The notes below the pieces were generated by a model. That model worked only from the letters and a program-made list of their open reading frames with translations, was not told the DNA's origin and did no database searches. Made by a program: the position numbers and the translations under genes. A DNA stretch of 61,398 nt, filler included, from Choristocarpus tenellus KU-1152 (lineage: Eukaryota > Protista > Phaeophyceae): assembly GCA_964200185.2 (NCBI GenBank). It is 9 parts of 9 records of this genome, joined end to end, with 100 filler letters (N's around TTAATTAATTAA, not from the genome) between each part and the next. Parts side by side here need not be neighbours in the genome. Positions count along the whole stretch, not along the records: positions 1 to 3,193 come from CAXNAD020021645.1; positions 3,294 to 9,032 come from CAXNAD020009874.1; positions 9,133 to 21,519 come from CAXNAD020001853.1; 6 more parts are not named here. One strand, written 5' to 3'. This document shows, in pieces, positions 1 to 12,700 of this stretch. The number at the start of each line of letters is the position of its first letter. Positions within the stretch are counted from its first letter, which is position 1.

Positions 1-77
1 GAGGAGGGGGGAGAGGAGGGGAGGGAGGAGACAGAGGACGTGGAACAGTGTTCTGAATTCAAACGATTTATCGACAC

Positions 78-192
78 GAATGAATGAATGAATGAATGTA
101 TGAATGAATGAATGTATGAATGAATGAATGAATGTATGAATGAATGAATGTATGAATGAATGAATGTATGAATGAATGAATGAATGAATGAA
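78..192. repeat. (GAAT)n microsatellite with GTAT interruptions
   Basis: Read directly from the sequence. Confidence 0.95.
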
Positions 193-1822
193 CTGCAGAC
201 GAAGGAGGTGTGGGCAGGAACACACCCATTAGTAAAATAAAAATAAAATAAAAAGCAATCAAATAATAAAAAAGCACCATGTGAATGAATCCGTGCTCAC
301 AGAGAGTCAACTCAACCACTGTAAGGCAGTAGTAATTCCCCCCCCCTGGTGAGGGCGCCACAACGGAGATGCAAATATTCTTGACCAACTCCTATGTGCC
401 TGGGGGGGGGGGTTCCCATCACTGGAAACAAAAAAAAAAATCTCTACCTGCCTGAGAGACTCCTACAAGCATGACAACCCATCACAACAAAGTGTTGAAG
501 AAAACGAAGTTCACCCACTCTTGCGCCTTAGTCCTGGAACAACATCCCATGCACAGCTGACTGCCAGACCTTTTTAGACCCTTGTGCCCATCCCCACCCC
601 CTCCAACTCACACAAAGCTTCCCAGTACCCAGATGTGGAACTCTCTGGGGGGGATTAATTGGATCAATAGTTACCGACTTCGAAGCCACCCAATTTGACC
701 TATCCTTCAGAAAAGTCCCAAACTTTCAAAACACTCATTGAGCATAGAGCTAGATCATTATCCACTCTTTCACACACTAACTATTCTTCTGCTCATTAAA
801 AAAAGCTCAACCTGAGTCATCAGGTCAGGCTCTTGGCCATTTTCATCCCTACCTTCTTCACCTTCTTCATCTTCCTTAACAACATAACCCTCATGTGGAA
901 GGGTATTATTATATCCAGCAGACAGTCAACGCCATTCTCATGGCCTATGTATGATAGGTACACAACCCCACAATACTTTAGAGTACCCAAAGGTCACTCA
1001 TGCCTCCCTCAATCATGCATCGAAGCAGAAACTAAAAAAAAAAATAGGCCCTTCGCTTTCGATCGACTTTTTATTTATTGCGGCATAATGGAACCGGAGT
1101 CATCCAATCACAAAAGTTCACATCACACTAGATTAATCCCAACAGTCAAAACGTCAGGCTTTCCAAGAGAGGAAAAGGTGTATGTGGGGAGAGACTGCTC
1201 CCTACCATCAGCACTTCTTTGATACAGGAATACAAAGGGGGGCAGTCACCAGCAAGACATATTGCATCCTACAGGGTTGTATGATGGATGTTGACAGTCC
1301 AGCCCATCATGGTCAGTGCCACATCAGGACGAATATATACATGCATGTATATATATATAGTCATCTAAGACAGCACTTTGACATAAAGAGTAGAAGAGGA
1401 ACCCGTAAGGTAAACCGCTCTTGTCTAGGAAACCCCGAGACATCCTTGTCTCTCTACCAAAACAACAAATCCTACCAGCATGATACACTCTCATACACCG
1501 AAACATCGCACCAAACATGGACATCAGCCATTCCCATCCCCCTCCCCAACATAAGAGGCGAACACCACACAGCACTACGGCACTCTCTACTCCACAGGAT
1601 TAGGGTTAGGGTTTTAGCTTCCTTCCAAACTCTTCAGCATAATCCTCACCCACAGCAGTAGCGTTGGGCCAATCAAAAAGGTACACAAATCATGCACACA
1701 TCCAACTGAAAACCATCAGCACATCAACATCAATCATCCTTGACATTAAATAAAAACTCTCCCTGTCTTTCACACCTGTCCATAAACCTATCACTAAGGT
1801 GCCCACATCACAGTTTGGTAAC

Positions 1823-2262
1823 TATTAGCAACACGAAGGCGTTTCTACCCTCACCTGTCGTAGGTTCTATTAACAACACGAAGGCGTTTCTACCCTCACC
1901 TGACGTAGGTTCTATTAACAACACGAAGGCGTTTCTACCCTCGACTTTCGTAGGTTCTATTAACAACACAAAGGCGTTTCTACCCTCACCTGTCGTAGGT
2001 TCTATCAACAACACGAAGGCGTTTCTACCCTCGACTGTCGTAGGTTCTATTAACAACATGAAGGCGTTTGTACCATCACCTGTCGTAGGTTCTATTAACA
2101 ACACGAAGGCGTTTCTACCATCACCTGTCGTAGGTTCTATTAACAACACGAAGGCGTTTCTACCCTCAACTGCCATAGGTTCTATTAACAACACGAAGGC
2201 GTTTGCACCGTCAACTGTGGTAGGTTCTGTTAACAACACGAGGGTGTTTGTACCATCAGCTG
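1823..2262. repeat. 45-bp minisatellite, about 10 copies
   Basis: Unit TAGGTTCTATTAACAACACGAAGGCGTTTCTACCCTCACCTGTCG; open in one frame on each strand (VGSINNTKAFLPSPV / LLIEPTTGEGRNAFV). Confidence 0.95.
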
Positions 2263-3193
2263 TTACAGCTTCAAGCCTCACTAGCCGCAAACTTTGCTTC
2301 TACATCTCAAGCAAGTTCCTGGAATTGAAGTACAGAACCTAGTACCTCAGTACCATGGTACCTCTTAGTACCACACAACACGCAGAGGACTAAAATGCTA
2401 TGCTTGTTAGATTGCAAAGTGGTGCTGCTGGACAGGTAGCCAGCACGCACTAGGTTCAACAAGCACCGGGATGGCACAACCCACTAGAAGAGCCACAACG
2501 CAAGGATAAGAGGAGGTACAGCCCAAGTGCGGAGGAGACATTAGCAGCACCCCTTCGAGGTCAAAGGCAGGCTAAGTGTAAACCTTATCACCAAGTGTGG
2601 TCACACAAAAGATTTAAAATACACACACTCACACACACAAAAATGAATGCAATGACCTAGAAAAAAAAGAATAATATTGAATAGAAATAATACTAAAAAG
2701 AATAATACAAACCGAATACTAACAGAATTACTAACCAAACGATTTTTTTTCAAATCATAGACTACAGAAATAGCAAAAGATCGAAAAATTAAGGAACAAA
2801 ACATACTCTATCAATAGATACAAAAAAATATAATACTCAGAGAAATAATAAATAATAAATACATAAAATCATTCTTCGAGAAACTACTAAAAAGCATAGT
2901 TAGAAGGTAAGACACAGAGAGTCAGCTCTTCAAAGTCACACACACACACACACACACACATGCAAACAGAAATACACACCTCACTGTGAAGGAATATGAA
3001 GCTCGCAGTCCGGTGGGCCATATGTTTTCGGACAATAACGCCATCCTTAAGACGGTGCAAAAAGATATGGAGGCGCTGCATCTTTTTTCTTTCAATCTCC
3101 TTCTTCCTCCGCGAAGTCAGACCACCCTGTATCACACAATGTAAAGAGGGGGGGGGGAGGGGAGGGGCATTGCCAAGACCATGTATGTGTACA

Positions 3194-3293
3194 NNNNNNN
3201 NNNNNNNNNNNNNNNNNNNNNNNNNNNNNNNNNNNNNTTAATTAATTAANNNNNNNNNNNNNNNNNNNNNNNNNNNNNNNNNNNNNNNNNNNN
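3194..3293. other. Artificial contig linker (also 9033-9132, 21520-21619, 25392-25491, 30707-30806, 33766-33865, 48721-48820, 53298-53397)
   Basis: Identical 44 N + TTAATTAATTAA (stops in all six frames) + 44 N structure eight times. Confidence 0.97.
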
Positions 3294-3446
3294 GGGCTGT
3301 CCCTTTGGGGCCAATTTTTTCATGTCGCGAATTTCGGGTGATTTGGTTGCATATGTCGGATGGATAATGTAAATACACGTTTCCTGGTTATGGTCCAAAT
3401 GGAAACCCTGGTGTAGACTCCCCCCTCCCCCTAGATACTTTGAGTC
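3294..3446. mobile_element. MITE family B, cut by contig edge (other partial or related ends at 9133-9198, 21620-21663, 25492-25513, 30680-30706, 52531-52631, 53276-53297, 53398-53453, 61331-61398)
   Basis: Interior and right terminus CCCCTAGATACTTTGAGTC match the full copies. Confidence 0.8.
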
Positions 3447-3498
3447 TTGATTTTTTCCATCCCTTTTGTTGCCATGATATCTGCCAATGTGCAACAGA

Positions 3499-4220
3499 TG
3501 CTGGAAACACTTCAAGCTAATTTTGTAGCTCGTGTTGAGTGGAGAATCCATCGAAAGATGGAGGCACATCGAGGAAGGGCTGTTATGCGTGCTGCCGAGA
3601 AAGAACTACAGAAAGAGGCACGAAGAAGGGTGAGATACACCTGGAACTACTTGAAACCCCATTCAGAATCTCTTGCGCTTACACACAGGGCAATTTGACT
3701 TCGTTTTCAGACAACAACAAAAAATACCTGCAAATCGCTGAAACTCACCGGAAAGATTCGAATCAACAGCCGTGTTTTTTTTGGGGGCAATCTAGATTAG
3801 AGCTACGAATCTTGTGGTATTGATTGACACGAAGTCAGAGGGCGAGGTTGCGAAGGGTATTAGTCGCATCAGAAGGCACACCTAACCGCGATGCCATCAG
3901 AATTTTCTCAAAGTAGATTTTGATAGGCAACTGAAGGTCTCCAGAAATAGTCTGCCCTCGAATTCCTTTCCAACACTGCCTAACGTGTTAAAAAGCAGGG
4001 CAACCAAACTGTAGAAGATAGTGACGACATGCAGACTAGGTTTCAGGCAGCAGGGCCCACGAAGTGCTTGCCACCACTACCGGAGTCAAAGGAGGTCATT
4101 CCCCCCCACAATTTTCCGTCAGCACGTTGGAAGGAGGACGAGCCAGAGGGGGATGACATATCCTTGGCAGGCTTATCTCTTGCTTCAGGGGACAGCATGG
4201 AGTATAGCATGGACTCTGGG
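3499..4220 (+). CDS. Possible exons of an unknown gene (about 3499-3630 and 3999-4220)
   Basis: cag|ATGCTGGAA..AGAAGG|gtgaga encodes a charged helical segment (AAEKELQKEARRR); a second exon-like acidic stretch ends at gtgagt. No full model could be built. Confidence 0.3.
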
Positions 4221-5362
4221 TGAGTGCAATTCTGCACAGAAAAAAGTACACAAAGAGTAAGAATGTGCTTTTGACTGTTTCGAACGGCCTAACTGTACAT
4301 CATTATGGAGAGGTGAATGTTTGACTTGCCAAAGACTGCTTTAGTACTCGGTTTTACCATAGATGTTAATTGTTAGTTCACAGAAGACGGGGAAATGAAT
4401 GAGTTGCCTGGATCAACAACAAATCAATCATGCTGTCTTGATCTCTCACGAGCACAGACAAGTATGACTCAGCCGACCTCTGCCCAACCAAAACTCTTGA
4501 CACAAGTGATGGGCTTTGAAAGTAGCACACTCTGCATTACCTCAGCCCCGGCAGGAAGTCAGTTAGAACTGAATCATTGCTTGGGGCGCTTGAAAAGGGG
4601 TTAGGAGGTTGAGGTCCACAGGGAGTTAAGATTTTGTCATGCAGGAGATTGAAACATCTGTTTGGGACTTGCATTCGAGCACAGTAAATGCTAGACACAC
4701 AACACTGGACATGATTTGAAGTATTGTTTCTGCCTTTGAATTGCCACTGCAGAGATGGAGCACAGTAATGGTGTGAGAATTTTCATCAAACATGATATCG
4801 CCAAATGCGAACCGAATTGGCCTATGGAAGGTGCTCAGGTGGCATGTTGGTGATGAGTAACCACAAAAAGTGGAGTAGGACAGCAGAGACACCTCAGCTA
4901 GATGATTTTCTAAATTTTGAGCTTGGGGTACTGGGTACTGGAGTAAGATGGATCATATCCGAACTGTACTCTGGATGAAAAGATTTTCTTGATGTGCATT
5001 CAAACCTTGAATGTTGTATTTCATGATAGGTGGTTGCTGGGATACGGTTGACTGCAAACACAAACCCTGCTAGACATTTTGGGTTCCAAAACATGTTCCA
5101 ACCTTCGCACTCCTAGTGACGACCTTTCCTTTCCTACAGTTACATCTGCCTGGGATGCGTCAAAGAATTTCCATTCTTGCAATGCAGAATGGTCTCTTCT
5201 ACGGAACACCTGCCCATATAAGAAAATTCCACCCTTAGCAAACATAACTGCATTTTGTCATTGGGAAGCACTGATTCAATCTGTTCAAACTGGTGCTGAG
5301 TGACTTGCTGGGGGTGTTGTTCAAGAGTCTAGAGTGTAAGTGCTATAACTTCAACTACTTCT

Positions 5363-5620
5363 GAGTGAAAGTATCTTAGAGAGTACGAGTTGTGCCCTGT
5401 TTGTCCATTTGGGGCTTGGCTTCCCTCGAGGGTTTTATGACACTTTCCTACTCCAAAATATTTCGGGCTAGGTAAAATGTGTATGTCATGAAAAGGTGTG
5501 TCCGGAACAAAGATAATGACACTTCCTTACAAACATGGTAGCCAAAATTACATTGAAATCGCATCATTGGATTTTGGACCCCAAATGGACACAGCTCTAC
5601 CCTCTATGATACTTTGACTC
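5363..5620. mobile_element. MITE family A (about 260 bp)
   Basis: TIR GAGTGAAAGTATCTTAGAG..CTCTATGATACTTTGACTC; 4-bp TSD TTCT. Confidence 0.9.
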
Positions 5621-7105
5621 TTCTACCTATTGCTATCTACCCCAGGTGGCTACCTAATATTGGTGACTTGGATGGTGACACTGATGCTGCATGTGCAAGT
5701 GAGAGCAGGGGAAGTGATAGCAATGGAGGCCTTTTCTGTCATGGCAATTGTGGGACATCTTTGCCTCTGATACACAACGAGTGCACACAAAGGGAGCTTG
5801 CACCCTTCACAAATGGAGGTGGGAAATGTGAAATTAAAACAACCCCTCCACTATTGTGAGGGGAGTGCTCAGGCATAAAGATAGCTACACTCTTGCTCCC
5901 TCATGATACTAACTCATTGTGACACAACAAATGGATGCCTTCTAACCCTTGTTTGTGACAGAGATCACACGCTTATGCTTTGGGCAAAAGAGTTGTGTGG
6001 AGTGCAGTGTTGAAATGCCAGCACATCACGAAATTCCTACGACGAGCTCTCGCGATGGATCTGTCCAGCTGGGAGAGTCGCCTGCAGTAAGAAAATCAAT
6101 TCAGTTTGAGAGTTCTGCAACAGGCAGCAATGCTTTTGGAGGTGTTTGACTCTCCTGAAAAATATGCCTTCGAACTCTTTGGTCCCCGCCGTGTCACACC
6201 AGCAGGTGCAAGGCCGTACATTGGACACAGACAGAAAGGTCTACACGGATCAAAGAGCCTTGCATCTCTCTATGGTGGACGACCACCTCAAGGAGTTGGT
6301 ACCATTGTATCGGGAGGGGGGTCAGATCAGGGACTAACAAAGAAGATACCGCTCGGCTCCAATAGAAGGACAAACATACCCGCTGGATCCATCTCAGCAT
6401 TAGACGGGAATTGTGCTAAAGATAGGGGGAAGGCCATCGGCTCACGATATAGGGGAGGAACCAATGGGGTGGTCATGGCGCCTATAAAGGGCATCAGCAG
6501 GGTTTTGGCCTTAGGCTGAGGAAAGGTCTCATAAACCTAAGAGCATACTGAGGTCATCAGAATCATAACAATGACAACAACAGTGCTTCATTTAATAATA
6601 ATAGTGCTTCTCCGAAATCAAGTCCCTTGTCGGCAAAGACTTCTTCCCAGCTTGTTTCTCCTGCTTTAGGGTATTGAGGAAAACAGTAATGCTAAACGTA
6701 CGCTGCTTCGTTTCTAAGGGTGTTGACACCCACAATTTTCTGACCCTCTCTCAAACTTACATTACAACCACAGAACACTAGACCTCTGTACAACGAAGAT
6801 GACCATACCGCAAATTTGGGCGATTGTTAACTCTCCGCCCTCAAACTCCAAATTTCTGTCTTCAATGTGGTACAAATCATGTAGCACAAAGAAAGATTTG
6901 AAGTGACATTTCTCGGATTGTCAGCATAGGGATACCCTTCTAAATTGTGCAGGTGCTTGTCACATACACGGACAAGTTCAAAACTGCATCATATCTAGGA
7001 GCACAACAAGGCAATAGGAAACAAGTCAGGGCAAATGTGCATGGAAAATTATGTTGGTGGGGATTTTCCGATACACATATCAACAGCTAGAATCGGTTTC
7101 AAGAG

Positions 7106-8770
7106 TCAAGTGTTGGCAGTAGGGGTGGTGCAAGATGGCAATAGGGCGGGTAGGTGGAAAGACTTGTTTGCTACAAGAACAGGGATGTGCTGCTGACACA
7201 ACGGCTCTTGTGTATCTCCTTTCTTCAGTTCTCCTGAATCTTTCCGGGCAGTTGAGTTCCTGGGCACCTCCAGCTGGACCAATTGAACTGAGTGTTGATT
7301 TCCCCTGCAAGTGACAGTAGGGTTGGCCACTGTTGGAGTTGGCGTTGTAGTAAAATAACTCTTCTTAATTCAAGACTTACCACCTAAGGAGAGCATCTTG
7401 TACTCTGGCATTGTGAGTGATGATTCCACAAATGGCCTTGACCTTGTGTATATGGGTATATTTCGAGATGGATAAGCATGTGAGATTCAAATACCAACTA
7501 CAATGCAGAACCCTCTCACATTCGGAGTTTACTCATTGGACCCATTATGTATTTCTTTCAACCCTAACCCTAACCTGATCTCTCATACATAACTGCAATT
7601 TTATAGGGACTAACCTTTTGCTATGAGGAAAAAAAATAATACAAGGACCCAGTCTGCGTAAAATGTCCTTGCACCGACTTACCCAGCCTTACTATTAGAG
7701 GAATATCCGATGTGTCATGACCTATAATAGCCTCTTTGCCCTCACCTAGTCTCCAAGATTTGGCGTAAGAGCTCAGACACAACCTCGGCCTCCTCATCCT
7801 CCCGTTTTTTCTCACATCTGCCTTTCACAATCCCTCCATCAAGTCTCCAACTCAAGAAGGGACCATTTGTCCAGCTTTGATGCATCTCTCCCCCTTCCCC
7901 TCCTCTTGGTTTCCATTGGGCACCAAATCCCTTTGAAACTCTTTCCTTGTCATTGGTAATACTGTGGCCAGTGACTTCACTGTTGAGGGCTGGTACAATG
8001 TAGCCCACATGGTTGTAATGCCAATCCTTCAAATTGCGTACTGCCTTCAGCTGACGAAGGGTGAGATCTGGAGACATGAATTCTGTCTGAATGTTGACCT
8101 CTACAGTGAAATCTCCATAGACCACCTTCCCATGGATAGGAGGGCAGACAGGGGGCATGTCTTGTAGACTTGGTATAACGTCTCATGCTCCTCCTACTGG
8201 ATCCATTAGGAAAAATAATAAACACACTGCAGGGGTTCATGGAGCGGTCTAAGATCTCAAGAAACTTCATGTTTACATTGCACCAGGAAGACCCAAAACA
8301 TTACTTCGTGCTTACTTACGACTGTTTCCATCTATTTGGACTACAGTGTGCATCACTGTACTCGCAAACACATCTTAAATGTTTTCAAGTAGGTGAGTCT
8401 TTCGGATTTTGATACTTGAGTGTGGTGTGTGCCCATCTTCCTCCTCAAGATAATCATGCTGTACACAGAAGAACGCCTTCTACTAGGATTCCGGCATGTG
8501 GGGCAGCGAGTTTGGCTGTGCCATGCTCTTTATATAATTTATCACTGCGATTAAAGCTAAGCAGGTTGAAAGATGCGCTCACAACATGTATCGGGAGGAG
8601 AATTTCTGGCAATAATGACTGTTCACAGTTTTAATTTTCTTGAGCATACTGAAACCCGCTGTAACAACTCAGTGCTTAATATGATTGGACACCTGTGTTT
8701 CCACACTGTTGTTTGAAGATAGACGCGCCTTTAGCACTGCCGCTGCTTGCTTCTCCTGCTCAAGTCCTAC
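7106..8770 (-). pseudogene. Multi-exon gene of unknown function with premature stops
   Basis: Phase-compatible exons 8770-8693, 8458-8320, 8196-7746, 7497-7381 and 7304-7106 with AG/GT borders; in-frame TAA at 8375-8377 and TGA at 8183-8185. No recognisable domain. Confidence 0.45.
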
Positions 8771-9249
8771 CTGTTTGTACATAATATCGTTGCGTAAAAC
8801 GCATTAACGTTCATGGAACTGACAGCGTCTTAGCATTCAATCACCGTGAGGAGCTGATGAGACTTGCTGGGAATCAGAACCAAGCATGTTCCGCACCCCA
8901 TCTAGATACTCCAGTTAACCAAGTGGCAAGCATGTTTTGTGACAAAAAAAAAAAAAATTGAGATGTGGGGCTATCATTGGTTCACTGCAAGAGAATTTTA
9001 TCTCTTGTCTCATTGATTTTACTTTATGGTAANNNNNNNNNNNNNNNNNNNNNNNNNNNNNNNNNNNNNNNNNNNNTTAATTAATTAANNNNNNNNNNNN
9101 NNNNNNNNNNNNNNNNNNNNNNNNNNNNNNNNTCTTGATTTTGGTTCAAGTGGACACCCTGGTGTTGACCCCCCCCCCCCTCCCAGATACTTTGGGTCAT
9201 CATGGTGATTCTGTATTTTTATCTGCTTTTTAGGTGGAGATCTCTGACA

Positions 9250-9375
9250 GAGTGAAATTATCTTAGAGGGTACGAGTTTTGCCCTATTTGTCCATTTGGG
9301 GCTTGACTTCCCACGGGTTTTTGTGACATTTGAATAATTCTGAAATGTTTCAGGGTAGGTCAAATGTCTACGCAC
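9250..9375. mobile_element. MITE family A, truncated
   Basis: One terminus GAGTGAAATTATCTTAGAGGGTA plus the gtccatttggggcttg subterminal motif; other end missing, so the end coordinate is approximate. Confidence 0.7.
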
Positions 9376-9519
9376 ATCAATGCAAGGGTATATGCTACAT
9401 CATAAACGGTAAACAGCACAATATCGAAGCCGTGTGCTCAACCAAAGTAGCAGCATTTCGCATGGCAAACAAGGACAAGACTTGTACAATACTAATATCT
9501 CTAAGAAAAAATGCCTCAC

Positions 9520-9748
9520 CTGGTATTGATCTGGAGTTCTGAATCTTCCTATATCCCACACCAGCAGGTACAAGGCCCATTGTGTCAAAAAAAATTGGTG
9601 CAATCCATAGTAGTCAAACTGCCCAGCAACATCATAGACTCGGATGATCATTGCCTCCACATTTTTCACATGCACTTCTATCCCCACAGTGCTAGGGTCA
9701 GCCCCTTCAGTACACTGCCCTTCACCAGCCAAAATGCTCTTTGTCACA
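9520..9748 (-). CDS. ROCO exon: Roc GTPase switch I / G3 region
   Basis: SVTKSILAGEGQCTEGADPSTVGIEVHVKNVEAMIIRVYDVAGQFDYYGLHQFFLTQWALYLLVWDIGRFRTPDQYQ; tgcag acceptor, gtgagg donor. Confidence 0.9.
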
Positions 9749-12700
9749 CTGCAGTTACCAACATTACACGGTTGCAGTAAGGAATGAAATCACTGAAAAA
9801 ACACATTTCCTCTGCAATTGGTGTCTGCAATAGCGTGTCCACGTTCAGCCAGATTCACAATATACCACTGCGTCACCTGTATATATATCACGCACCTTGT
9901 CTTTCCAGCGCCAGCCACACCCACCAGGACAACTTTGAGTAGATTATGCTCGACTGGATCACAGGCAGTATCTCTCATATCCGTCAAGTAGGCCTCCACT
10001 GCATCAAGGCCAACAGAAACCACAGCTTCAGGGGGCATGACCCACGCATTATCACTCAAAAAACAATATGCCACCCTCTTGAACATCTTGAGCAAATCCA
10101 CAGCCTCGTCCACTGTGCCCCATCCTGGATGTATAATTTTTATGGGGATCATTAACAAAATCGAATCTGAATGTTGCTCTCTGCAATAGCAACTCATGTA
10201 AACTCCTTCCAACTTTCTAGGCTGCAAGCAAGGTATCCACAGTAAAACCAACAGGTAACAAAGGAAATAAGTTAAGCATTATGCAACACATTCATACACT
10301 CAAATGGCTGGCATCAGATTGAAGTGGCCAGTTCATTTGGAAGAATATGAACAATACATGAAACGAAACAACTCATAAGAAAGAGAGGCATGCCATCTCA
10401 GAGGGATTGTTGTTGAATATTGGGGGCCCTTGTGAATGCCTTCTGGTTCATGTGCTTCTAGCAGTCCGGAGGGCAGTTTTGCACACATGTGGACAAACCT
10501 TTATCTCCGTTGAGTCAAAGTATCTTAGAGGGTAGCGCCGCGTCCATTTGGGGGCCAAAATCCAATGTTGCGATTTTGATGAAATTTTGGCTATCGTGTT
10601 TGTTAAGAAGTGTCAATATCTTTGTTCTCGACGCACCTTTTTACAACGTACACATTTTACCTATTCCGAAAATTTTCAGAGTAGGTAATGTCTTAAAATA
10701 CCCTGAGGGAAGTCAAGCCCCAAATGGACAAACAGGGCAAAACTCGTATACCCTCTAAGATACTTTCACTCCGTTTCAACAGACTTCTAGAGGGATTTAG
10801 CTGCATTTCAGGCATGGGATATGGGAATTAAGGCAATAGATTTCAGCAGCCCTCAATACTCAAATGGGCTTAATCTGACATCCGCCCAACATAGGATAGC
10901 TCAGATGTGCAACAACAAATACCTCATTGGAAACACTCACCAACCAGCTGGTTGCTACCCAGGTTCAGATATGTGAGCACTCTCAGCTGACTGAGCTCTT
11001 ACGGAATCGTCCCTGACAGGGAGATTGTTCAGATAGTCATTGTGTCAATCACAGTTACAAACACAAGCACACAAATGAATGAGAGAAAATTGTCAGAAAT
11101 ATGACACAACAGCAAAGCACCTCATCAGAACCTCTCACCTCTCAGCTGGTTACAGGACAGGTCCAGCCGCTCAATGAATTTCAGCTTACAGAGGCCTGAT
11201 GGAATTGACCCTGACAGGTAGATTGTTCAGTAAGTCATCCGCACCAACCACACTTTCAAACACAAGTACACAACAATCTGGCATACAACAACGATACAAC
11301 TCATGAGAAGCACTCACCACTGAACTGGTTGTAAGACAAGTCCAGCCCCTTGAGAGCACACAGCTGGCTGAGCTCCGGCGGAATTGAACCTGACAGGGAT
11401 TTGTTCAGATAGTCATCCCCATCGACAGCAACTACAAATAAATATAACCAACTCCATACTAACATGGTGCAAGAACAAATAACGTTTCATCAGCATCACT
11501 CACCATATAATTGGTTTGTAGAAAGATAGAGCTGCTGAAGGGCACCCAGTTGACCGAGCCTCGACGGAATTGAGCCTGATGGGGAGATTGTTCAGTTAGT
11601 CATCCGCATGAACCACATCTACAAGGTCAAAAACGCAGTAGTATGCCCTACAAGTGAATTGGAGCGTTTCAGAAAAGATGCTACCATAAACACCACATCA
11701 GAAACCCTCACCAATTAGCTTGTTCCTAGAAAGGTGCAGCTGCTGGAGAACTTTCAGTTGGCTGAGTTCTGGCGGAATTGACCCTTATATGGGGGTGCTT
11801 GTTCAGTTAGTCACTCACGCCAACCAATGCTGCAAATACAAAAACACAACAATCAACGCTAGCATTGAAAGGGAGAATAACAATACAAAGATGATACTAC
11901 AACAAAACACCCCATTAGAAACACTCACCTGTTAAGTGGTTACTAGAGAGGTATAGCTGCTGGAGGGCACTCATCTGGCTGAGCCCTGACGGAATTGACC
12001 CTGACAGGAAGTTTCTTCAGTTAGTCATCCATATTGATCACAGCCCCAAACACATGTTCAAAGCAATCTGTGCTACAAATGAAGGGAGAAAATCAACAGG
12101 AGCATAATATGACAACAGAACTCCTTGACAGAAAAACTCACCACATAGCTTGTTCTGAGATAGGTCCAGCTGCTGAAGGGTATTCATTTGGCCCAGATCT
12201 GATGGAATCGATCCTGACAGGGAGAGTGTTCAGATAGTCATCCACATCAACCACAACTGCAAACATAAGAATATAGTATTCTCGGATGCAAGTGGATGGA
12301 AGCAACTCCAAAGAACATCAATGCAATAAAAAGGGAACTATTTTGAAGCACTCACCACTCAGCTGGTTGCTAGACATGTCCAGGTACTGAAGGGATTTCA
12401 GCCGGCCCAGATCTGACGGAATTGACCCTGACATGGAGATTCTTCAGTTAGTTGTTTGCATCAATCTTCAGTTTTAGACATGAGGCCCAGCAATCTGGCC
12501 TACAAATGATCGGTGCAACTCGATAGAAATAAGATTCAACAACAAAGCACCTCATCAGCAATGCTTACCACTTAGCCGGTTATTACTCAGGTTCATCCAC
12601 TTGACACTCAGCTGGCTGAGCTCTGACGGAATCAACCCTGACAAAGAGATATTCCGATTAGTCATACACATCAACTACCGATATCACAAAATGCAACAAA

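Noticed and set aside
68-388. ORF with HSFI repeats (likewise poly-N and poly-I ORFs at 45837-46271)
   Set aside because: Products of microsatellites, with no other coding evidence.
1823-2262. CRISPR array
   Set aside because: Head-to-tail 45-bp units with no unique spacers.
3238-3249. Recurrent palindrome TTAATTAATTAA as a biological site
   Set aside because: Always centred in N runs of identical length; it is an artificial six-frame-stop linker.
3294-9032. Continuation of the ROCO gene (G4 motif, COR domain)
   Set aside because: Separated by a linker, and I found no VGTH.D-like G4 motif or recognisable COR sequence.
10489-10758. Recurrent small ORFs (QSILEG.., YPLRYF, KYLGGG) as a protein family
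   Set aside because: They are translations of MITE terminal repeats and frames are not conserved between copies.
8183-11001. Stop-codon reassignment explaining the in-frame TAA/TGA
   Set aside because: Conserved genes here end normally at TGA or TAG and show no internal stops; the stops are one substitution from sense codons.
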